Below are positions 13,869 through 27,300 of a DNA stretch of 64,000 bases, in pieces. The position numbers and the translations under genes were made by a program. How positions within the stretch are numbered: the first letter of the stretch is position 1; the number at the start of each line of letters is the position of its first letter. The stretch comes from Phoronis australis. Lineage: Eukaryota > Animalia > Phoronida. The stretch spans positions 186,001 to 250,000 of the forward strand of contig NMRA01000261.1 of the NCBI GenBank assembly GCA_002633005.1. The letters are read 5' to 3'. The notes beneath the pieces were generated by a model, which was not told where the DNA came from, did no database searches, and saw only the letters and a list, made by a program, of their open reading frames with translations.

Positions 13869-14730
13869 AACACATATTGTTCTCAGTTAGCCTGATTTTG
13901 ATCAAAGGTAAGACTGAATCTGTGAGTATTAACATATGTGAAATAAGTTGGCTTGAAAAAAGAAGCTATAAATTAAATAAAACATAGTTATTTAATTGAT
14001 GCAAGAAACTTAGCAACCGAGTTGGTAGACTAACCATGACGCACTTGAACATAGTAGTGTGATTAAAATCAATACTATATTACTGATTAGCACATTAAAC
14101 ACACCCGATTCAACTAAATTCACTGGGAACCAATGATGAATGCAACCAAGGTAAAAGAACAACATAGTTTATTTCAAATTTTCATTTACTCCCTTGTGGT
14201 GACCACTACACTGATTTGAGTGGTAACAATGTTACATAATACAAGTGTTAATACACAAAAGACAGACTTGGCCAAAGCACCCTGAGCAGTTTCTCCAATA
14301 CTAATAAGTCTTCACCAGTTTTGCACACAATAGGGCGGAAAACTGAAATTTCGTCTTGCCCAATTTAACAAGAAAATGAAGCATTAAGCAAAATTTTGAG
14401 CCCAGCATTTGATTGGTTTGTGCTGTTATAGATTTCATATTAAAACAATATTTGGTTCCAATATCAAGGTAATTAGTCTTTAAATAAAAAGCAAAATGAT
14501 GGTTTTGACAAATGTTTTTCATGAAATGTTAAAGAATTACAACAGTCAAAAGTTGTTTATGACGTTCGGCCACCTAACAACTATATTTTACTATTTTGTC
14601 ACAATACAACAGCCATTATTTCAATGGACACTATAGATACATGGGATCGACTTGTCGACATAACACGCCATGCTGTATCACACGAAGATTAGCATTAGCA
14701 GTTAGCACGCAATTTTTTCCATAAAGTTGG

Positions 14731-16681
14731 ACACGAGCAATGCTGGGGCATTGTCATGCGCCCACGGTGCATCGCAAACGTTTGTTTCTGATGGCCACTA
14801 GGAGGTGCTGCAGTAGACGAGTAAAGTTTTATTGAAATCAGTTGTCTATATATATCATCTGGAAATACTCTTCTCTCAAACAACACTTGAAAAGCCCCTA
14901 CTCAAGAACAAATGGCGCTGGCACATGGTCATCCAGAAACATTCTGCCCCCTAACAACACTTGAAAAGTCCTTAGCCACAAAAACAAAGGGTCTGGCACA
15001 TTGACATCATATATGTCTGTGTCAAGTTTTGTTGACATCCGTCAATCGTATTTTTAGGTATCATCTGGAATTGCTTTCGTTCCAAACAACACATGAAAAC
15101 CCTGGAAAACTGTCGTCGGAACCACCCAAAAATCAAATGGCGCCGGTGCAATGTCATCATATACCTCTGTGTCAAGTTTTGAAGACATCCGTTAATCGGT
15201 TCTTTAGGTATCAGCCAGAAACGTTCTTCCCCAAACAACAATTGGCCACTAAGGAGGTGCTGCAGCAGTTACAAGATTCCGTCCAAAAATTTAATGGTGC
15301 AAGCACTTTATTATATACCTCTGTATCAAGTTTCATTGAAATCTGTCAATCCATTCTCCAGATATCATTCAGAAAAGCTCTTCTACAAAGTCACCACTAT
15401 GAGGCTCCAGTGGTCAAATCCGCCCGAAATCAAATGTTGCCTCCGCATTGTCATCACATACCTCTGTATTAAGTTTCATTGATATCCATTTATCAATTCT
15501 CTAGATATCATCTGGAAACCCTCTTCTTTCAACTAACACTTGCAAAGCTTCTTGTTGAAAACAGAATAGCCACCATTGGTCAAATCTGCCCAAAAAATTG
15601 CCAGCGCGATGACATTACATACTTCTGTACCAAGTTTTATCGAAAAACATCAGTTGGTTCTCCGCATATCATTACGAAACACTCTTCCCCAAACACAACC
15701 TGAATTAAGTCCAATGTTAAAAACAAAACACCACAAGTGGTTGAATCAGCATGAAAATTTAATGGTGCTCCCCCAATGCTATCACATACGATACCTCTGT
15801 GTCAACTTTCACTGAAATCCTTCACTGGATTCTCTACATATCATCCCGAAACGCTCTCACACAAAATGGCTACTTGAATCTGCCCGGCCGGTGATGGTGC
15901 AATCTGATCATATACGTTTGTGTCGAGTATCAATGCAATTGGTCAATCAGTCCAGATACCATCCGGAAACGCTCTTCCCCCAAACAACACTTGAAAAGCC
16001 CTTGTCGAAAACAAAATGGCCACTAGGAGGTTCTACATAGGTTGGGGCAGGTAAATTGACATCAGACACCTCTATATCAACTTATAATGTAATTCTTCTA
16101 TTGTTTCACTACATATTATCCAGAAATACTCTTATAACAAATGGCCACTAGGAGGGGTTGCAGTAATCAAATCCGTCCAAAATCGAATGGTTCTGGCACA
16201 TTCACATGACAGGTCTGTGACAAATTTTACTGAAATCCGCCAATTGATTCTCTAGAAATCATCCAAAACACTCTCACCCCCAAAACAATATTTGAAAAGC
16301 CCTTGCTGAGAACAAAATGGCCACTAGGAGGTGCTGCAGCGGTCAAATCCACCCAAAAATTTAATAGTGGTAGTGCATTGATATCACATACCATTGTGTC
16401 AAGTTTCATTGAAATCTGAATCTAAGATATCTGGAAACTCTCTTTCCAAAAAAATACTGAAAAAGCAACTCCCCCTGACCCCAGGGTCGGGGCACACTAA
16501 ACAGTGGCTAGAACTGTTCTAGTGATACCCTACACTCTTCAGCCAAATTTCATCAACATCGGACAACGGGTTTTTGAGATATCGAGCGAACACCTGGACA
16601 ACCTAAGAACCAGATGCCCAGAAAAAGTGATGATAATACCATATGTAACATACCGTCCGTATATATGAGGACGCATAAAAA
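14731..16681 (-). mobile_element. HINE/pearl-like non-autonomous Helentron element with an internal tandem array
   Basis: The left end has ACACGAG, a hairpin (GCAATGCTGGGGCATTGT) and subTIR ATGCGCCCAC. The right end has the hairpin CGTCC..GGACGCAT plus an A-run. The interior consists of degenerate ~130-150-bp repeats with GGCCACTAGGAGG. Confidence 0.75.
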
Positions 16682-18027
16682 TTACTGGTATTATAAATCA
16701 AATTCCAGGGAATGGAATCAAAGGCGTTCTCAAAATCTAATTTAACAATGCCATCTTGTGTTCAATTTGCCCCAAAAACAACAGGCCCTCAACCTTTTTG
16801 CAAGATACATTTTAAATGTATAAGTCATGCCGTAACTCCGATTAAACATTCCAGATAGCACTTGAAGAGATATACAACATATTGCAGAAAGATCCATCAA
16901 GGGACGAGGAGATACAGCATGAGAAATCAACTTAAAGAGAGCACCAGTAAGTGTTGATATCCGCCCACAATGTGCTTCTAGGGGTGCTTAGCAATTTCAT
17001 GTAACTTTCAAGGAGACAACAAGTTGACCATAAGTTTTAGTTGCACTAGTCAGAATTGACAAAAAAGTATTGCAGTGCTCAACCTGCACCTCACCAACAC
17101 GACTTCAGATTGTGTTTGGTGACCTGGGAAAATCCCATGCCTCCAGTGTATCTTCTGTAATTGGTAAGAGGAATTAAGTTAGATTGGACGGTGCATATTC
17201 ATGAGAGAAATAAAAGAGGTATGCGTAATGTTTTAATAATGCTGACAACAGCACGTTTTGGATAGCGTTCTCCGACATCAGTATTGGGGACCTCAGTTTC
17301 AATTTGGCGACTTGAGTTTTTCGCTACGTTGCATTTGGGGAGTTGGAGTTGAGTGTCGAGCACTGTGTTGGCACCTCACCTTTTTAAAATTAACATCAAA
17401 TCAAAAAGTTTAATAAGAAACGGTTTTAAGCATTCGCTAAAAAGAAATATATGCAACAAAGTGACATAACACGAGTTATTCAAAAAGTAGCTAGAGTTGA
17501 CTTCTTCTTTTCACAAATAGTATTTCACTCATTAAATATATTTATGCGAGCACATGGACCCATCACATCTTACACCCCCTTTTTCCTCAATTCAGATCAG
17601 TCCACTTATTGTGCAGGGCTGCCTACATGAAGATTACTCCCAGCCATCTTGGTCTATGTTATTGTGTGCAATAAGTTTGGTCAGCTCCAGTGTGGAATTG
17701 GTGGCGACGTCCCCTCACCTAAAAAATTACCACCTGAGTAGGCACAGGTGAACAAGGCTCCTACGAGATTCATTCACACAACAAATTTCAGAAAAATACT
17801 TTCGGAGACAACATAACTATTGTCCATAAAGCGAAAAATCTGTCCCTACAGCACCATCTTGCGTAAGATTTCAATCAAAACATAGTAAGCCTTCAGCTAC
17901 TGACAAGGCTCATTTGTACATAAATTTCATGTTAAATAGGAATACTACATGTAAGGTCCAAACAAAGAAACAATTAGCAAAAAACAACTTCGTAGATAAG
18001 CAAAATACTTGGTTTTCACCAACTAAT

Positions 18028-19808
18028 ACAAGAGCATCGCAGAGTGTTGAAATGCGCCCACGAATGCATTGCAAATGGACTGCTTTTAGGGTTGTTTATT
18101 TGTGTCATAAAAATGGCCACTAGATGGCGCAAAAACGTTCAATCCATCTGAAAACCGAAACATGTCATTGCTTCTTTAATAGAAAGCTATACACCAAATT
18201 TCATAGAAATCCGTCAAGGAACTTCATAGAAACAAAGGAAAACAGAATAAAATTAAATAGGAAGGACACCGTTCGTTGAGTCCGGCTGAAAGTCGTCATT
18301 TTCTGTTGTTAGCTTCATATAAATACACTTACTAATCAAATTTAATAAAGATCCTGCAGTGGGTTTAGGAGATACTGCTATTGGACGCAAAACAAAACAA
18401 AACAAAACAAAACAAAACTACCACTAGGAGGCGCCTAAGCAGTCAATTTGTCATCTTCAACTGTCCTCTTCACACTGAGAACATATACGCCAATTTTCAA
18501 AACCATCCTCAGAATAGACGCCAAAAAATAGACTCGAAAACAGCAAAAATGGCCACTAGGTGGTGCAAAATACCTTGATTCCATCCAAAACCGGAGGATA
18601 GAGTCATCACACCTATAGATGCCCATATTCAAAATTTTATGAAAATCCGTTGAGGACCTTTGAAGATACAGAGGTAAACAAAAAACTAAAAGTGCCACCA
18701 GGAGGAACACCAGTAGTCAGATCCATTCGAAAATCGTCGTTGTCCGTTGTTGACATCATATAAACACACTTGTTAAACTTAGTAAAGATCCTGCAAACGG
18801 CTTAGGAGATACAGCCATGGGCAAAAAAAAAAAAACGAAACTGCCACTAGGAGGCGCCACAGTAGTCGAAGTCATCAGAAAATCATCGTCACCTGTCCAC
18901 TTCATAGTTAAAACATACATGCTAATTTTCACAATTATCCTGAAAACGGTTTGGTTGAAAGAGGGTTGAACGCCAAAAACGGACTCAAAAACAGTAAATA
19001 TGGCCACTAGGTGACACAAACTAGGTCGAATTCATCTGAAAACGAAAAAATAGTGTCACCTCACAGAAGCCTGTACGCCAAATTGTATGAAAATACTTTG
19101 AGGACATTTGAAGATACAGAGGTATACGTAAAAAAATAAAATTGCTACTAGGTGGCATACCAGTAGTCAGAACTGTCCAAAAGTCGTCGTCGTCTGTTGT
19201 CATCATCATACGTACTTAATTTAGTAAAGATCCTGCAAACGATTTAGGAGATATAGCTATAGGCGCAAAAAAAACAAGACTTCCAATAGGAGAAGCCACA
19301 GTAGCCGAACTCATCCGAAAATGATCGTTAACCATCCTCTTCATAGTAAAAATATACATGCCAATTTTCACAATCATGCTTAGAGCGGTTTGGTTGACGG
19401 AGGGGTGGATGCTAAAAAACAGACTCGAAAACAGTAAAAATGGCCACTAGGTGGCGCAAACTACGTCAAATCCTTTCGAAAACAGGATACCATCGTCTCA
19501 CTAACAGATGCCTATATACCAAATTTTGTGAAAATATATCGAGGACCTTTGAAGATACAAAGGCAAAGGTAAAAAACTAAAATTGCCATTAGGGGGCACA
19601 CCAGTAGTCATATCCGTCTGAAACTTCGCTCATGCCGTCCCATTCATGAAAGGAACAAATGTGCAAAATTTCATGAACATACATCAACCAGTTTTGGAGA
19701 TAGAGCAGCGGACGTCGGACTGACATAGGACGGACGCCACCCAGATGGACGGACGGACAGAGATGACGGCATAATGCGTCCACATATAAATATGTGGGTG
19801 CATAAAAA
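18028..19808 (-). mobile_element. HINE/pearl-like element with a higher-order satellite core
   Basis: ACAAGAG end with subTIR ATGCGCCCAC (18052). A ~440-bp higher-order repeat of three ~145-bp subunits. (GGAC)n microsatellite at ~19728-19760 and terminal hairpin ATGCGTCCACATAT-AA-ATATGTGGGTGCAT plus an A-run. This matches the established DINE-1/pearl/HINE architecture. Confidence 0.85.
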
Positions 19809-20134
19809 GGAAAGGTTGCCCTTGACATTGTACTGATAAAATTGATTCACCTTAACCATACATTAAAGAACATGTATTATGCATCTAGTCATACAGTGAA
19901 CTCAGTCACTATCCCAGAGGAGGGTAAACTCAGTCATCTACTATTGGCATGTGGGAAGGTTCGGTAAGGACAAACTCCAGCAGCCTACACTAATAATAAT
20001 TATTCCATACATCACACTATGAAAGCAGCAGTCTTGGCAAAACAAATGGCCTAACGCCAACCAGCCCAGTCCTAGAGCTCTTCTCATTGTGAGCATTATG
20101 TAAAATGCTGATGCATTGAGCTGTGAACTCCGTA

Positions 20135-20638
20135 GGCCCTTTCATACTAAATCCAGCATGAGTGGACCGTTGACATCAACTGCGAAGTTAATTGAAATGT
20201 TCATACCAGCTTCGGTAGTTAATGGCGTCGGAAGTAAACGGTAGGTGACGCAGTGGATATCAAAGTGATCACAAGGTAGCGCTGATGCATCTTGTGCATA
20301 CTAAGATTTTTTTATGTGACAATTTGAGAACATTACGTGAGCTAATTGATATAAAACTTATTTCTGATTTAACTGGTGACTATTCAAGCAAAATACAAGC
20401 AACTATTAGCGACGACAATGCCCTTTATTGTAGATGATAGCAGCTGGCCCCTGGCGAGAACTTCGATGAGACTGAAGTTGGCCGTTCATACCGAACTGTA
20501 CCATCGATGCTCCGCTGTTAAATCCACCTGTTTACTGCAAAGTTAACTGGTGCTATTCAATCCAGGACTGAAGTTAAATGTTTATATTGATCGCAATTCC
20601 CCCAAATCATTGATGTGTCGACATTAATATAAGAGGCC
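20135..20638. mobile_element. Degenerate MITE (Harbinger-like GGCC termini, tentative)
   Basis: GGCCCTTTCATACTAA at the left versus TTAATATAAGAGGCC at the right, with internal GTTCATACC and GAAGTTAA repeats. Confidence 0.4.
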
Positions 20639-22772
20639 TTGCGTCTGGTGAGGACAGGACTGGAGGGTAAAGGGGGAAGCAGTTTTAGAAGTTTAGACGG
20701 TAACATGAACTCAAGACTTGGTGGATACATTGGTCTCTACACATTTGTTTGAGCTGTAATACCCACTAATCAATAACTATGTTGAACCAGCATGTCTCCC
20801 TGTTTAGCTGGATAAAAACAAAAAGAATTATCAATGCTTTTACTCCACTAAAATTGGTCTCATAGTACTATTTCTTACAGTGATGGAATTCGATAATTCC
20901 TTCAGCAGCAAGGACATAAAAACTATCAGGAACTCTTCAGAATCCCAGGTTCGTCAATCCTAAAATTACTATCCGAAAATGGCGCACATACGCAGTGGAC
21001 TGTCTTGAGTTGGTAAATGTAATGGTATGGAATATTAGGAGACCAATTCTATAAAAGTAGAAAGCCTCATTCAATTTTCTCAGCCCGCTTATTTACAGGT
21101 CGACAAAATGCAGCTTTAATAAAAGAGTACGTTTCCACTTCCACGTTGTTTCAAGCTTAAAAACACGAACTTCAAATGAGAACTAATTACCAACTAATGC
21201 TCTTTCATAGACTAAGAAGTCAAATTAAAACTTGAACTTCATATTAGAACTAAGTTTTTGGAGACGCATCATCAGTAAATGGCATTATATTTCATTTTCA
21301 AAAATAAGGAAATTGGCAAAAACTTAATAACAAAAATGAAAAAAACAACTCTTAGTGCATTAGACCCACACATTTGTAGAGACAAGTCGATAAACATGTC
21401 CATCAAACTAAACTCTAAATGCTAAGCCTTCATGCATGGCTTCCATTCATAGCCTTCAGGCATTAACTTGGTCTCACTGCATGAGGAGCATTTGACGTGG
21501 AACAGCGCGTGGAACAGCTAATCCCGTGTGAAGCAAACTGACACCACAGCAGCCATTTTTGTTACCGGTTTGCACTCATTCAGTTGCCCTGGTGTCAACA
21601 ACACATCAAAACACAAACTGAGGCATGACGCAAGGGATTGTCTTATAAGCAATTGCACAATAGCATACATACATTGTTTTGCACATTCGCCATAGTTAAT
21701 CTGCACACTGTCTTCATGTAATTAATTTCCGTGCTGATCCAGTTTGTGACGTCATGTGAATGTTACTGAAGTAGAGCAACTCGCACCGCGTCAAGTATTT
21801 ATCATGTAACAAACGGATGAAGGGTCAGCATTTTACATCATGCCCTCAGGATGAGATCTTCAGCTTACTTTTAAGTACCATTAACAACTGACCCATGGGT
21901 AACAGAGGAGCTTTATGGACATCACTTATCTTTAAAATAACTTAATATACCCATGTTAGGAAGTAGGTACTTCAGATAAAATCACTGACCAAATAGGTTA
22001 CAACAAACATCTTTCATACTTGATTGCTCAGTTGTCACAATGACATAACACAACACCATACTTTAAAGAGAACCATAAAAATATACAGTTTTATCAGGAA
22101 CATCATTCTGAGGCTAAGTTCACCCATGCTAACACATGGATTCACTCTTACTTGTTAAATTTATTCAAATTTCTTTTAAATAACCTCACTTTTATCAAAA
22201 GGTTTCTTTTGCTATTTTACAAAGAACAGTTTCGGACTATCACCATAACCACTAATGTTCATGGGGGCAAAATCTGAAAGATTTGCTGGATTAACTTATC
22301 ATTTGAAGTTTTGCTTTTAGCAAAGTTTCGATAAGTGTGGTTTCAGTTAGTGGGAAAGGTTCACTCTCGTAGGTAAACTGCAAGCAAAACTGCATTGAAA
22401 ATAAAGCAAAGGTTCGGCATTTAACCAAACTTTGGTGTGGTAGAAAAGCTCAGAGCAAAGCTTCCGCGAAGTTATCGATAGAAGTCGCGACAACAAAATA
22501 CAAGCTCGCGAGACTCAATGAGATAACCCGCAAAAGGATACACAGCTGCTGAAGAATAACAGAACTGATCATTTTAATAAATGCGCCGCCTGGTTACTGA
22601 CGGCAAGAGAACAATTTTCAGTTAGCCTCGAACCAACCATTTAATATTCCTTTGAAATTACAAATGAACTGCACTGTCTACAACTTTGTTATCGCTGTCT
22701 AGTGGGAATGGTAATTGAACTTCGGTGAAGTTTCGACAAATCAAAGTTCCTTTAATGGGAAAGCAACTTGTA

Positions 22773-23150
22773 ATTACTCTGCGCGTGTAAGCGCAGATTA
22801 CTGTTGTTCCTGGGTTTTCTTCAATTTTATTCTTATTACTCTGCACGTGAAAGCGCAGAGTACTGTTGTTCCTGGGTTTTCTTCAATTTTATTCTTATTA
22901 CTCTGCGCGTGTAAGCGCAGAGTACTGTTGTTCCTGAGTTTTCTTCAATTTTATTCTTACTCTTATTACTCTGCGCGTGAAAGCGCAGAGTACTGTTGTT
23001 CCTGGGTTTTCTTCAATTTTATTCTATTACTCTGCGAGTGTAAGCGCAGAGTACTGTTGTTCCTGGGTTTTCTTCAATTTTATTCATATTCTTATTACTC
23101 TGCGCGTGTAAGCGCAGAGTACGGTTGTTCCTGGGTTTACTTCAATTATA
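22773..23150 (+). repeat. Six tandem ~62-bp hairpin-containing units
   Basis: ATTACTCTGCGCGTGTAAGCGCAGAGTACTGTTGTTCCTGGGTTTTCTTCAATTTTATTCTT repeated six times. Confidence 0.95.
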
Positions 23151-24346
23151 TTCTTATTCTTATTCTTCTTATTCTTATTCTTCTTCCGAGAAACTTTGAG
23201 GCTTAATAACTCCAAATTGGGTGCAGGTACGGTCTTTAAATTCAGCATATGACTTTTGACAGTATATCAATTTTGATTGGTTATATAATCATTTTCCAAA
23301 TTGCACCGTAAGAGGTCGTTTGGTGCAAAGGTCATATAAATTTCAAAATGCTACTCCTCCTTCAGTTTTAAAGCTATCTTTTTCAAATTCGGTGCACAGG
23401 TATAAGTCAACATGACAATTGAAAAAATTACTTTTCTAAGTAATCAGGTCATCCAATCATGTGAAATAGGTCAAAGGTCATTAGGTGCAAACTAAAATTT
23501 TGAGCTAGATACTTCAAATTGACAGGTCTGATTGCCACAGGTAAATCAAATCGGAATCTAAAGTTTCAGGTCATTTAGAGCAAACATGGGGTCATTAGGC
23601 GCATTTTTCTTTTGAAAATTTGACCTTTTCAATCAGCAAGTATTCTGATGTGTCAACCGTTAGACAACTGTAATTCTCAGCGTTAACCACATTTTCCATG
23701 GGCTTTGCAATAATTCTCCTAAAGATGCTTAAAATGCACCGGATAAGGTCAATTAGTGCAAAGGTCATGTAACGTTCAAAATGTTATATCTCTTACGTTT
23801 TTCAAGGAATTCTTTTCAATTTCAGCACACTGGTGTAAGTCAACATGCCAATTGAATACCCTACTTTACTTCGCAATAGGTCTAACCAATCAGAAAAATA
23901 GGTCAAAGGTCAGTGAGTGCAAACTAAAATTTTGAGCTAGAAACTTCAGAATTACATATCTGTTTACTAAGTGCGATTGAGTTTGAATTCTAAATTTTCA
24001 GATCATTTGGTTTACCCATGGGTCATTAGGTGCATTTTTTTCTGAAAGTTTGACCACTTCATCTTGTATTCTGAAGTGCTTAAAGTAAAACATCTGTGAT
24101 TATCAGCATTAACCACACTTTTAATCGAGTTAACAATTACTCCCTCATCGGGGCTCATAATGCACCGGAAGAGGTCAATTAGTGGAAAGGTCATCAAAAA
24201 ATTAATATGTAATTTCTCCTACAATTTTAAAAAATTCCTTTTCATATTGGTAAACGGGTTGCTGTCAATAACTTCCCATAATAATTCCAGTAATACACAT
24301 GCGCAGAGTCCGTTATTGTCACGCCGTGACAATAATTTTTCTAGTT
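22773..24346 (+). mobile_element. Helentron-associated element (second family) with an amplified 5' terminus
   Basis: The 5' end has subTIR ACTCTGCGC with inverted copy GCGCAGAGT, followed by a (TTATTC)n microsatellite (23146-23186). Core repeats of ~430 bp start at ~23298, 23731 and 24158. The 3' end has subTIR GCGCAGAGT (24301), palindrome TTATTGTCACGCCGTGACAATAA and terminal CTAGT. Confidence 0.85.
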
Positions 24347-27300
24347 GTTACACGTAATTCACCATGAAGACCACTGTTTTATGACATGTGGTTTCAATGC
24401 ACTGACAGGAATTTTTCTACAATGCTAAACTGGTTACAGGCGAACAGTGGATACAAAAATGTGGATGGATTTTTTGTTAAAAGACCCGTCCTTAACTGAT
24501 TTTTAATGCTACTAATGAATTTGACATCATCTAACACAAAATGGTTATTGTGTTGTTTATCAGCATCACTTGCAGACAGGCTACGATAAAAATTCTTCAA
24601 TTTGGGACAAAAATAATTGCTAAATTTGCCATATTTCTATTTTTTAGAATCTTAACATATTGTTGCAAATGCTCAACATTTTACCAAATATTATTTGGTA
24701 ATAGCTACGCCATTCAAGTCATGCTAAAAGCAATGCAAATTTTCCAGAAAAGTTATTTTGTTGAGAAATTTGACAAAACGTCATTGAGTCCCAAACAGAA
24801 GATAGACCGTAGATTTTATCAATATTACAGTTTCAAAGCCATGGTAGATTTGGCTGGATTGTTCACCAAAGCCACCCACAAACATTCCTGCTTAGACCCT
24901 AACCACATCTAATATCAGCCCCCATTATGAGACAGGCCTCATTATGACAGTTGGCAAAGCCCTTCTCCTAGAAGATAGTGTCATTTTCATAGGCTAGTAA
25001 TTATGGAAACTTTGTCCATTGTCCTGATGTGGTAAAATATTTTCAAACATCTTGGCATCTATTTTTTAATGTGATACAGCAAAGAATAAAGCATTGAATT
25101 TCGTCTATTTGTTTCACAATTTCTATGACGACAAAAGCGTACACTGCTGAAAAGCCTCAAACCCCTCCGCTTAAAATTGTTGTTTTGTCCCTCTTCCTAA
25201 ATTTTATGTCTTTCCCACTCAAGAGAATGACGACTATTGTGAACTGTCCTTAAACAAGTTGGGGTAAAAATGTGTATGTAATAGGAAAGATATAATTTTG
25301 TTACAAGCACATACTTGATAGCACGAATAGAACTCAACGCACACATTGTGCTAAAACGCAAATATCAAACACAAAAACAATTCAGTTTGATAATGTTGTT
25401 AGGGACAAGAGCAGCAGATTGAGTGAACCCATTTTAAAATACCAGAGCATCAGGAATGAAATCTATCCTGTGGCAGGAATGTGAAAACACCAAAGGGAGC
25501 AAAATGTGTAACAACATCTGGAGCTTAGTGAAGATATTTTGAAACACTAGAGTCTAAAAATGTTTTAAAAATGCAGTCGCAGGCACATTTTAAAATATCA
25601 GCATAACTACGAGAATCATAGAGTACCTGGAATGTTTTAGGAAATCATTCACTAGAATGTTTTAATTAAACCGCCAGTCGCAGAACGCTTTTACCCATCA
25701 GAGAAAAGGAACTCTTTTCAACTTTAGTGACACACAAATGTCTTCAAACTAGAGACTCAAATATCGATGGCATAGAGAATCAGGGGGGTTGTTTTATCAA
25801 GGGCTATGATAGCTGTAAATTCCAATTTTAATTTTCAAAATTATAAACTTAATGTCAAGTGTATAGTTTCCCTTTTATAATAAATGAAATTGCCATGTAA
25901 GCAACAGTGTGCCTAGGACCATCTTAGTTACTACAGTTTATGTACAACCAGGCATATGCAAATCTATTTCTACTTATAGGCAAACTTTTTTCAAGTTATA
26001 ACAGATTAACAAGTGTTAGTTAAAACTCCAACCTTTGTCCAACTGACAGATTTGATCACCACCACACTCTGTAACACCACCCCTGGGATACTTCTCCATC
26101 TTCCTATCACCTGCTCTATCATAGAAGTGTAGGTCAATTTGAGGTTGATACATAGATATTTGGCACAGAAGCAGCTAATAAATAATGAATCAGTTCCAGT
26201 TTCTAATTGGCTGAATTCACTAAGAGTAAATGTCAGATGACTGCTGTCAATAGGCTTATGTATGTTTAGAAATCCCACAGAGCAGTGATGAACAGAGGTG
26301 AAATTTATCTATGCATTATCTACGAATGACAGTGATCTGGTAAGGCCACCACTTAGAACAGCATCCTCAGTCATCTACATAATGAGGGTCAGGGGAAAGT
26401 CAATACCACAGAGACAAGAGTCAGGGATGAAAACAACATTCTGGCATACGTCGTATGTGCATTAACAAGCACAATCGCCGGAATATGACATTTGCGACAA
26501 AATAAAAATGATTATCAAAAAAATTCATTATCAAACGAATCATTTAAAAATATACCAAACCCAGTTTTGGCCTATTAAGAGGTACTAAAAAAAACTTTCC
26601 CCTCAAATTCCATGAAGCAAAATAATGCTTTATTACCCTCATCAGCCCTCAAAAGCTTCGGAGAAAAACTTGAAAATTCCTGTCTAAGTCTACTAAATGG
26701 GCAAGCGTGACCGACACTTTTAGCGAATTACAAGACATCTTTGTGGAAAGATCATCCAATAAGAACTGTAATATCCAATATCTTTCACCGCTGACACCAA
26801 AAATGCATTAGCAGGTGACAGGGTCTAGTATCCTTTTAAGGTTATGTGAACCTCTATTTCACAAAAAATTCTATTTTCAAAAATACGGGCTAGGCACGTA
26901 ACAAAATACGTGTGATTTTCCGATAAATCTAGTTTCAAACAAGAGAGTTGTTGTTAAGTGAAAAACACCAGTTTTGGAAAGACTGTCACCAACACTCACA
27001 GTTGGTTTATGTGCAACCAATCAGTCAAAACAAATCTCCCACTAAAGTTTTCCCACAATGCAAAAGCGATATTGTTTATCAACCCACACAGTGAGTCAAG
27101 TGAATCAGTCCTCTATGAATTGTTGACTTGGACGACCTATTTAAAAAATCTTTGATCCGACCCCCCCCCTTCAAAAATCCTGATCTGCCACTGCATAGTC
27201 AATAGGGTAAACTTCTAATATTTAACATTCATAACTTACAGCAACTAATCAAACTCACTCTCTGCCAAAGAAATGGTTAACCTTTAGACCACTCACCTCT

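Noticed and set aside
17073-17365. Possible hAT MITE (CAGTGCTC...GAGCACTG)
   Set aside because: Only an 8-bp inverted match and no TSD.
22773-23150. Palindromic repeats resembling a CRISPR array, and the 163-aa ORF at 22715-23206
   Set aside because: The intervening sequences are near-identical rather than unique spacers, there are no cas genes, and the context is eukaryotic. The ORF is just the translated tandem repeat.
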